From the IMG/VR virus record IMGVR_UViG_3300024344_000001: DNA of 64,000 nt; one strand, 5' to 3'. Position 1 is the stretch's first letter. Each line of letters opens with the position of its first letter. A program made the translations under genes and the position numbers. The notes under the pieces are model-generated. The model was not told the DNA's origin and made no database searches. It was given only the letters and a program-made list of their open reading frames with translations. This document shows, piece after piece, positions 56,812 to 64,000 of the stretch. This stretch comes from a virus (taxonomy: Duplodnaviria > Heunggongvirae > Uroviricota > Caudoviricetes).

Positions 56812-57943
56812 TCTCTAGTAGTTCCTTCATTCTTTTGCCTACATTGTAGTAGGAGAAGTTCCTAATCATTTCTGTAGTACAGGATACCCTCTCCTGCTTA
56901 AACTTTATGGGATTCTTTGTATACTCAGTGAATGCAAATCTCATAGCCTTCTTAATATCAGGCTCAGATGGTACAAACCAGTTCTCACGGCCCGTAAAGA
57001 TAAACGGAAAAGCGGCGTCCGTACATTCACATACTGTGTAGTCACCCATTATTTTGTGACCAGCCTTAGAGGCCGTAATAAACTCTTGTGGACCGCCATG
57101 ATCTGATGTGATTACGTAATTACCAAACGCGGCAGCGTCAAAAGTAGGAATAGACCAGGCCTCACCATGAGTAGCAGACACAAAACAGTCGCCGTATTGA
57201 TGTAAGGCACATATTTGATCATCTGTGATATCCTCTGTAATAGTGATTTCGTTGTGATAGTCAGTAATGTTCCTATACATTCTAAGCTTAGACTTGATAT
57301 CAAAGATCTTTTGATCCATGATTTGTCTTAGTTGATCTGATGAATGACCAAATTTTCTTACCTTTAAGATAAAACAAACAGGCTCAGACGGATTGAATTC
57401 ACTGTGGAAACAGCGAATCATAGAGTCGAGGTTCTTCCTGTCGTTTAGGTCACCAATGTAATAGAACTTGAACTTACCTTCCGATTGATCGATATGAATC
57501 GGCTCGTACTTCTTCTTGTACCTATTTTCATCACATGGGTGGTGAACCACATGAATACTCTTATTGTCTATTCCGTCTTGCGATAGGTGTTCCTTCATTC
57601 TTCTATTAGGAACCCATACTTCGGTACCTAGCTGAAGATGTTCAAACCACGCCACATGCTTAATACTAGTAGACTCAAGCTCCGTAAAGACAATGTTCTT
57701 CTTAAACTTATCAGTTCCCACTAGGTGGTGAGGAAGAATATGCTGAATCAGGTGCGTGCAATCCGCCGTATCCTTAGCTTCTAACTCCAGAATACGTGGA
57801 TGTACATTTTCCCGATCTTGTGTAAGGGTGATATTGCGACATACAACATCTACTCCTACATGATCAAGGGCGAGAATCTGAGAGGTAGCGGCAGTTGCCC
57901 ATCCCCCATCTTCCTTATAATGTCCAATGTACAATACTTTCAC
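56804..57943 (-). CDS. GT4 (GT-B) glycosyltransferase
   Basis: FYYIGDLNDRKNLD...DCFVSATHGEAWSIPTFDAAAFG..VI. Confidence 0.88.
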   Translation of the reverse strand: MKVLYIGHYKEDGGWATAATSQILALDHVGVDVVCRNITLTQDRENVHPRILELEAKDTADCTHLIQHILPHHLVGTDKFKKNIVFTELESTSIKHVAWFEHLQLGTEVWVPNRRMKEHLSQDGIDNKSIHVVHHPCDENRYKKKYEPIHIDQSEGKFKFYYIGDLNDRKNLDSMIRCFHSEFNPSEPVCFILKVRKFGHSSDQLRQIMDQKIFDIKSKLRMYRNITDYHNEITITEDITDDQICALHQYGDCFVSATHGEAWSIPTFDAAAFGNYVITSDHGGPQEFITASKAGHKIMGDYTVCECTDAAFPFIFTGRENWFVPSEPDIKKAMRFAFTEYTKNPIKFKQERVSCTTEMIRNFSYYNVGKRMKELLENE

Positions 57944-58230
57944 GCCATTACTCCTGACAAGTGACTCCCACAGAATTGTGGTGGAGATAAAATTTCGTTC
58001 ATTAGAATAAGCTGATCGTCAATGATAGCCTTTTCTAAATTGGTAATAGGTCTCTTTCTACGTTCTTGTAGTCGATTCCTAATCTTAACGGCCCTATTAA
58101 AAGCTGATTTATTTCTAGTCCACTCATCTTTATCAACACGATGTACGCCGTCTATGTGGCCGTGCTCTTTCTCCCACATAGTTTGGTAGAAGTTTTCTTT
58201 CTTAAACCACCCCATCTTTTTCTCCCACAA
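57940..58230 (-). CDS. Hypothetical protein
   Basis: Tiled ORF; start uncertain. Confidence 0.5.
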   Translation of the reverse strand: MWEKKMGWFKKENFYQTMWEKEHGHIDGVHRVDKDEWTRNKSAFNRAVKIRNRLQERRKRPITNLEKAIIDDQLILMNEILSPPQFCGSHLSGVMA

Positions 58231-58396
58231 TTTTAGGTTCCGCTACTACAAAAGGCTCCCCCTTAGATAGGGGGGTCTTCACAATATCCCACATAGTCAT
58301 TACTTGTGGAACTTCCTTATTGGGATTATCTACCCATAACCACCTATCATTTGTATAGGACTTTTTTGGGTGTATTTCAATTTTCTTGATTTGCAT
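58202..58396 (-). CDS. Hypothetical protein (64 aa)
   Basis: Tiled ORF. Confidence 0.45.
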   Translation of the reverse strand: MQIKKIEIHPKKSYTNDRWLWVDNPNKEVPQVMTMWDIVKTPLSKGEPFVVAEPKIVGEKDGVV

Positions 58397-61145
58397 TATT
58401 TTGTTGTCCTAGTTGTTGAATCCTTTGAACACGTTTCTGTTCCCAATGGTTACGGCGTTCGCATAGGTTCTTCATTTGATCATACGCAACATCAAAGTTG
58501 AATTCTGCACGCATCTGATTTCCATCAAAGGCCGCTGAAGACTCATTGAAATACATACCGCCCGTAGAACCCGTTGCACTCTTCAACATCAAATCGCGTG
58601 TTAAACGCGATTCAAAGAATGTGCCGGCCTTATCTGACTCCCCTAATACATTAGCAAGCAGCCATCTAGCCTGGTTGTTATACGCGATAGTATTCACAGT
58701 CTCCGCAGGAGGCTTAGGTTGTGGCTGATGTAGTTTGGGTTCCTGTGCCCATGCACCTTCATCGATCTCTACACTATCGAAGTAATTTTCCCACTGCTTA
58801 GCACTTTTATCCCACTGATAATATCGATCAAAGTTCTCACGACATACGGCTCCAGCAGTGGCCTGTTGCTTGTCTGTTAGATCAAAGAATTGATGGAATG
58901 TCTCTGATGCCGCCTTATTATCAGGTACAGCACGTAGGCAACCAGTCTCTAGTTCTTTATACAGGGCGGCAGGCTTGATCGGGTAACCGCCTAGTTTACG
59001 TAATACTGATTCCATAGCACTGTAATCGGTTCCGCATACAGGCACACCACATGCGGCAGCTTCAACTTGAGGAAGCCCAAAACCTTCACAATTGGCATAC
59101 TGAGTATACAGATCAAAACAGTTGATAATATCAGACAGTCCCTCATATGATACCCCGTTCTTAACGTTAGATAGCGTACTTCCCCATTCACCAGTGTACT
59201 TAGACTGGCATACGGCCCCCTTATACACAGAGCAGAAAGGTTTCCCTGTTTGTCCACAGATATAAGTGAACATTACATTAGAGGAAATCTCATTCTCTAG
59301 AATCAATTCAGGAATTTCCCATCCCAAGTCTGGATATGAAGTATGGCAGTACAGGTAATAAACGGTCTTATCACCACTTTCTTTACGCTCCTGTAAAAAC
59401 TGACTAAACGCCTTGAATAGATCAGGGTACAACTTACGGCGTTGGTTACGCATAACAGTACCAATGATCTTAGCATCGGGGTCAATACCCATTTTCTCTT
59501 TGTGGGCACGCTTATCCTCAACTGGAGCATAGGCGGGGTGAGCACTAGGCGGTGCTGATCCTAAGTAGTTGATCTTATCACCGGCCTGGTCTTGTAGAAC
59601 CGTACCAGCCCAATCAGAATACGTAAAGCAGGCATCTGCACCAGCATACGTAGCAATCCACTGTCTGGCCTGTGGGCGAGCGTCAACTGTAGGCATTAAC
59701 GCCCATTTGAAATACGGGCGAAATGGGCTACGCTCTGCAAAGTCGCAGTTATGGATGCAAAAGGAAGAAACATATGTATTATCTTCTTCTACCTCGAAGT
59801 TATGTACAGTTTCTCCATACGTTTCAGTGGTAACATTCTTAACAGTTAGCCAGGCATAACCGTTTTTAATTCTCTTTGCTGGTTTTATGCATATATTCAA
59901 TTCATTATCGTATATAACTTTGAATCCGTCAAAACTTGTAGATCTAAATGAGAATATGTATCTATAATAATCTTTATCTATACCATCTATCTTATTCTTG
60001 TTCAGATTAAATGATGGCAGAATACCTAATCTTAGACATAGGCGGAATACTTGATGTGCTAATTGTTCACTCTTGGTACAATAAGATGCACGATCAGAAT
60101 AGTACCCTCCATCCCCACGAAATAAACCACACAAGAAAGACCTAATTGAGTCATTAGATGAGTGGAAAAGTTCTGGAGACATTTTTTTATCACCAGCTAG
60201 AGATCCACAATATCCTACAAACGTTTCTGCTATTTCCTTACTATAACATCTAACAATAGTAGTATTACCTACCGTTTTAACTTTAGGAGCCTTTTTGAAA
60301 TTGATATAAATCTGATTGGTAAAATCAGTTATCATTTCAGTTTCTGAAGAATTGAAAGTCAGTTGAACACCCTTGGGATTATTTAATTCTTTTTGACCTT
60401 CGTACATTATACAACCTTCGGCCATATAATATCCAAGCATCCTACAAAAACCCGTGTCTAAATCAATATCACCTTCTTTATCTATAGGATAAACAAGAAT
60501 ATCATTCTTTTCAACTTTTTGAGAATCAATCCATTCTAAATTTTCTTTATTAAACTTGCTAACAGGTAGATTTACTTCCCCATTTCTCTTTAGGCAATAT
60601 ACTGGATGATCGTCCGTAAGAGTTACATCAAATGGGCAATTCATCACATTAATGGTGTGTAAATCACCAAAGTATTCTCTCTCAAATTTATTTAGAACCT
60701 TCTTGTATCTACCTTCATGAGTTAGTACATGATCTCCTTCTATAATATCCTTAACTTTCTTTACCCCGTCTATTGTTATAATATTTGTATTAGGGGTCAA
60801 GCACATCCAAAAGTCACGAATATCGCAAACAATATCCGGTAGGAAATCCAGGCAAACGTGCTCAAAGATCCATCCACCAAACTGGTTAGCACCGTTGGAG
60901 TGATAGGAGTCAATTTCTTCCTTAGAAGCCTGTGGGTGACATTCCGTATTTGGCATAACGCCGTAGTATTTCCAGGGAATGTTAGCGGCCCTAGGGTCAT
61001 TACGCTGACCATACGAAGCCATTTCCGCTAGTTCATACTTACCCGTTTTCTGTAGTTCATTCATGATCTCACGGGTATAGGTGGCGTATCCTGTGTTAAG
61101 GAAGGTGGCTTCACTACAAAACAATATTCTCTTACGTCTTGTCAT
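58377..61145 (-). CDS. GT4 glycosyltransferase interrupted by an intein
   Basis: RILFCSEATFLNTGYATY; IIGTVMRNQRRK; YANCEGFGLPQVEAAACGVPV. Confidence 0.9.
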   Translation of the reverse strand: MTRRKRILFCSEATFLNTGYATYTREIMNELQKTGKYELAEMASYGQRNDPRAANIPWKYYGVMPNTECHPQASKEEIDSYHSNGANQFGGWIFEHVCLDFLPDIVCDIRDFWMCLTPNTNIITIDGVKKVKDIIEGDHVLTHEGRYKKVLNKFEREYFGDLHTINVMNCPFDVTLTDDHPVYCLKRNGEVNLPVSKFNKENLEWIDSQKVEKNDILVYPIDKEGDIDLDTGFCRMLGYYMAEGCIMYEGQKELNNPKGVQLTFNSSETEMITDFTNQIYINFKKAPKVKTVGNTTIVRCYSKEIAETFVGYCGSLAGDKKMSPELFHSSNDSIRSFLCGLFRGDGGYYSDRASYCTKSEQLAHQVFRLCLRLGILPSFNLNKNKIDGIDKDYYRYIFSFRSTSFDGFKVIYDNELNICIKPAKRIKNGYAWLTVKNVTTETYGETVHNFEVEEDNTYVSSFCIHNCDFAERSPFRPYFKWALMPTVDARPQARQWIATYAGADACFTYSDWAGTVLQDQAGDKINYLGSAPPSAHPAYAPVEDKRAHKEKMGIDPDAKIIGTVMRNQRRKLYPDLFKAFSQFLQERKESGDKTVYYLYCHTSYPDLGWEIPELILENEISSNVMFTYICGQTGKPFCSVYKGAVCQSKYTGEWGSTLSNVKNGVSYEGLSDIINCFDLYTQYANCEGFGLPQVEAAACGVPVCGTDYSAMESVLRKLGGYPIKPAALYKELETGCLRAVPDNKAASETFHQFFDLTDKQQATAGAVCRENFDRYYQWDKSAKQWENYFDSVEIDEGAWAQEPKLHQPQPKPPAETVNTIAYNNQARWLLANVLGESDKAGTFFESRLTRDLMLKSATGSTGGMYFNESSAAFDGNQMRAEFNFDVAYDQMKNLCERRNHWEQKRVQRIQQLGQQNNANQEN
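59748..60803 (-). mobile_element. 352-aa intein with LAGLIDADG endonuclease
   Basis: Starts CLTPNT, block B TDDHP, LGYYMAEG and LCGLFRGDG, ends VHNFEVEEDNTY...HN with Cys at +1. Confidence 0.92.
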
Positions 61146-61449
61146 GTTTAATTTTTCCTATTGTCGAGTCTCTAGTGTCAAATTCGCACTGTTGTCGCAT
61201 TTCTTGTAACCCATTGATTAAAGCATCTATGAATGATCGAGTACTATCCTCTTGGGATACCATAATTTCATTACAGACCATATAGTATACGCCCCATTGA
61301 TCACGATATGCGATTAATATAGGTATTTTCTTATCTCTAAGTATCAAATATAGTTTGTGATCACCATTAGAATATTCAACAGTTACCTGCCCCTTAATTT
61401 CTGGATAGTCATCAAATTCTGATGTATATATTGTATCGCAGTTTGTCAT
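61132..61449 (-). CDS. Hypothetical protein (AT-rich)
   Basis: 105 aa, overlaps both neighbours. Confidence 0.55.
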   Translation of the reverse strand: MTNCDTIYTSEFDDYPEIKGQVTVEYSNGDHKLYLILRDKKIPILIAYRDQWGVYYMVCNEIMVSQEDSTRSFIDALINGLQEMRQQCEFDTRDSTIGKIKHDKT

Positions 61450-61736
61450 TCGAACTCATTTATCCTAAAGACACATCTATCATCATCACCATCTATATTC
61501 TTAGCCGTAGCAAAGATAGTGATGCTATCACCTCTCTTGTACGACTTAGCGATGACCTCCGCACCAGAGGCCCATGCCTCACAATAGAGATATGCGGACG
61601 TTTTACTTCTCTCATTAGTGCTCTTAGTAGTTCTGTAGTTGTCTACTACTATGCACAAGTCAAGAAAACTGACCCCGTCTCGTTCAATCAATTCAGGGTC
61701 TTCGTCTAGTCTACCAGTAAATACACACAAGTTCAT
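61446..61736 (-). CDS. ssb: Single-stranded DNA-binding protein lacking the long acidic tail
   Basis: MNLCVFTGRLDEDPEL...YCEAWASGAEVIAKSYKRGD OB-fold. Confidence 0.85.
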   Translation of the reverse strand: MNLCVFTGRLDEDPELIERDGVSFLDLCIVVDNYRTTKSTNERSKTSAYLYCEAWASGAEVIAKSYKRGDSITIFATAKNIDGDDDRCVFRINEFE

Positions 61737-62896
61737 AATTCGTACATCTTTTCTAGGATCATAGTCCCGTTATCGTCAACATTACCATAGAATAGGGCGT
61801 TGCAATCCTCGTACAATAGATGAACATTATTATCTCGTGCTTCTGGGAATGCAATAGCCTCAATGGCCCCGCTAGAGTCTTCCAATGTTAGGAAGGACAT
61901 CATTTTCCCTTCGTTTTTACCTTTCTTCTTAATCTTGTGATTGTGAATCTTGGTTACGTTAGCGGCGATATAGATCTGATCGCCACGCTTACCGTCTAAA
62001 ACGTCTTTACACGTAGTATTTGCCTGAGAAGTATCAACTGACTCAATCTTAGCAATTGAAACAGGACAGCCTATCAGCTTGATTTCCTCAGTGGCAACCC
62101 ACATTGGGTCATCTTGCAAATCAAAAGGTGGATTCTCAAGCACAAAGATTTCATTGTTAATAGCCTCTTTCCTGCCTGGAGTATTAGTTCCGCCACCCTC
62201 TTTCTTGCTGGGGGCGAGACTCCTAAGCATGGAGATAGCATTATTCCACTTAAATCGTTCATAGTTGCTCTGAAGCCACTTAGTTTCATTCTTGTTCACG
62301 ACACCCTTGAAGGACAAATACTCATACAGGGCCTTATTGCGGCTTAGTTTTGAGCCATTTCGTGAAAAGAATCCAATTGTACAGAGAGACGTAAATGCCC
62401 TCTTGTTTACCAAAGGTGATAGAAATAACAATACCTCTATCCAGGAGAAGTCTTCTAGGGGCTTTTGTAGCCATTCCTCTACTTCTCCTATAGACTCAAG
62501 GAACTTATCGCCGTTAACGCCCGTAAGAGACTTAACACTAGATAGTCCAAACCTAATAGTATGGTCATCTATGATCCTAAAATCCTTAGAATAACCACTT
62601 GAGTTAGGACAAGCAATGTCAATTCCGTAATATTTGGCGTCTGTAGCAAGTTCTCTGACTTCTTCATGTGGATCAAGGCTCGCTTTTGCGAATTCAAGTG
62701 AACTACAGAAGAATTCAATAGGGTAGTGGGCCTTGTAGTATGCCGTATCATAGGCATTGGCCGCATAACAGATGCTATGAGAATTAGAAGTGACTAATCC
62801 GTTACCATAAAAAACATGTTCATTACTATCTACTTCAATATCCATTGTAGGAATTATACCTACTTTTTTAATGCTGATAATTTTTGCAATATCCAT
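61733..62896 (-). CDS. dnaE: DNA polymerase III alpha, C-terminal fragment preceded by a split-intein C part
   Basis: SHSICYA...YYKAHYPIEF, IRFGLSSVKSL HhH region, C-terminal OB domain GKMMSFLTLEDSSG. Confidence 0.92.
   Translation of the reverse strand: MDIAKIISIKKVGIIPTMDIEVDSNEHVFYGNGLVTSNSHSICYAANAYDTAYYKAHYPIEFFCSSLEFAKASLDPHEEVRELATDAKYYGIDIACPNSSGYSKDFRIIDDHTIRFGLSSVKSLTGVNGDKFLESIGEVEEWLQKPLEDFSWIEVLLFLSPLVNKRAFTSLCTIGFFSRNGSKLSRNKALYEYLSFKGVVNKNETKWLQSNYERFKWNNAISMLRSLAPSKKEGGGTNTPGRKEAINNEIFVLENPPFDLQDDPMWVATEEIKLIGCPVSIAKIESVDTSQANTTCKDVLDGKRGDQIYIAANVTKIHNHKIKKKGKNEGKMMSFLTLEDSSGAIEAIAFPEARDNNVHLLYEDCNALFYGNVDDNGTMILEKMYEL
62783..62896 (-). mobile_element. Split intein C fragment (38 aa)
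   Basis: MDIAKIISIKKVGIIPTMDIEVDSNEHVFYGNGLVTSN followed by Ser+1 (SH). Confidence 0.9.
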
Positions 62897-63747
62897 TTTT
62901 CATTTCCTAATATGTCACATTCCCAAAAGCGAATTAGATCCAACGAATTATTGTTGCAAAACTGATTTTTCTTTTGGTCTCTATACCAATTTATTTTCTG
63001 GGTGTTGGTGATTGGCCCATCTGGGTAAAGTTTTGGATTAGAATGAAAATAATCTCCATCTACTTCTAATAGAATATCTATTTTTGGAAGATAAAAATCA
63101 AAAGACCAACAATCTATAACATACTCTTCTACATATTCTATATTTAAGTTAGCTAGTATAGATTGCATAGCTTGGTGAGGTTTCGTTTCTAAGTGTAGAA
63201 AATCTCCGTTCTTAATTCTTTTTAGAGTAGCCTCTCTCATTTTATTTTTAGATTCTTCGGAATGTTTTTTGCCCGTATGTCCATGTATACTTCTTTTTTT
63301 AGCTGATATAGATTGTTTCTTTTTTGTGTTACTAGAGACCTTTCTCCCTGACATTTTTGAAGAAACAGACATTAAGCTTTTTGAAGTGGTTTTATCGAGT
63401 CCCTTATTCCAAGGCTCAGAACCGTACATCGGGTTACCATTTCCCTTCCTATCTATTTTAGCCTCTTCGGACCATTTCATAGTACCAGGAAATCTACCAC
63501 AGGCATACTTCTTATAAAAGAAGTTAGCACCTTTTCTACCAACCCCAACATTTTTACCACATATACCACAGGGGCATATTGGCCCGTCGTCAAAATATTC
63601 ATCAAGAGAGATCTGGTGATATTCTTTTATATGATTTTTGAAGCATATAGCCCTATACGTACCCCCTCCACCATATTCGTCGATTATTTCTTGAAGTTCT
63701 TGCCCACAAATCTTACACTTGGCCCATTTGTTTTTTGGTATATTCAT
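62860..63747 (-). mobile_element. Vsr-like homing endonuclease between the two split-intein halves
   Basis: N-terminal CxxC Zn motifs, NUMOD3-like GNGNPMYG and HTGKKHSEESKNKMRE, C-terminal FDFYLP...EVDGDYFH...D..KN...LIRFWE. Confidence 0.85.
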
Positions 63748-63782
63748 TAGTATGCCTTTTATTAAGGGTAATAAGTATCATG

Positions 63783-64000
63783 CTATTTATTATACACTAA
63801 AATTTCCAAGTCTTCGTCGATAATTTGGTATAAGGGTAGAATTCTTCCATCTTTTACCTTGAATTTGTGATCTATAGAACATACGATGGAATCGCCATTA
63901 CTTAAAGTTACTTCATATGATTCCTTCTCGCCACTATCAACAACGTCAAGAACGTCAATAAACTCATCATCCCCATTTTCAATCGGAGCTAGCACTTTAT
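63783..64000 (-). CDS. 3' end of the dnaE N-terminal gene: split intein N fragment (5'-truncated)
   Basis: Frame is open to the window edge; YEVTLSNGDSIVCSIDHKF is intein block B, followed by a stop. The DnaE N-extein lies outside the window. Confidence 0.8.
   Translation of the reverse strand, partial: KVLAPIENGDDEFIDVLDVVDSGEKESYEVTLSNGDSIVCSIDHKFKVKDGRILPLYQIIDEDLEILVYNK
63788..63799 (-). promoter_or_regulatory. TAGTGTATAATA motif, putative late promoter of the endonuclease
   Basis: Exact copy on the minus strand within the last codons of IntN (TTA GTG TAT AAT AAA TAG), 40 nt before the ATG at 63747. Confidence 0.7.

Noticed and set aside
1-64000. CRISPR arrays, tRNA/rRNA genes, integrase or transposases
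   Set aside because: No regularly spaced direct repeats, cloverleaf-like sequences or recombinase motifs seen; intergenic space is minimal. A tRNAscan run would confirm.
1-64000. Stop-codon reassignment
   Set aside because: Genes up to 11.4 kb are intact in the standard code, and TAA, TAG and TGA all end genes at boundaries that abut the next start.
1-64000. Host assignment
   Set aside because: No host-diagnostic gene or spacer evidence in the window.

Overview
This is a 64-kb fragment of a large tailed dsDNA phage read in the standard genetic code, with two convergent gene blocks meeting at about 35.58 kb. The + strand (1-35.6 kb) is a virion morphogenesis module. It holds neck/head-closure and tail-terminator-like genes, a tandem-domain major tail tube protein (no sheath gene seen, so siphovirus-like), two paralogous tail chaperones and a 1834-aa tape measure protein. 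These are followed by a 3817-aa FG-GAP/LamG adhesin-like protein, hub and tail-tip proteins and an HNH endonuclease. The - strand (64-35.6 kb) holds a dnaE gene fractured by a split intein with a Vsr-like endonuclease in the gap, then ssb. Next is an ~18-kb glycan cluster (3 GT4, one with an intein; 2 GT47/exostosin-like; NodZ/GT23-like; GT8; GT2; sulfotransferase-like; GDP-fucose synthase; NTP-transferase; methyltransferase-like). The block ends with a Sak/Rad52-like annealase and small accessory genes (NADAR-like, SLOG/YspA, HD hydrolase, YopX, nucleases). Main discoveries: (1) a gene inside the glycan operon carries a 42-aa copy of part of the tail tube protein (27/42 identical, many synonymous differences); (2) a subset of virion proteins is strongly enriched in Ser-Gly, a candidate glycosylation sequon for the phage's own glycan machinery; (3) a new split-intein pair in DnaE and an intein in a glycosyltransferase; (4) a recurring 12-mer promoter motif, once embedded in an RBS-sequestering hairpin. 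Functional calls come from motif recognition by eye and all counts are hand counts; no searches were run.
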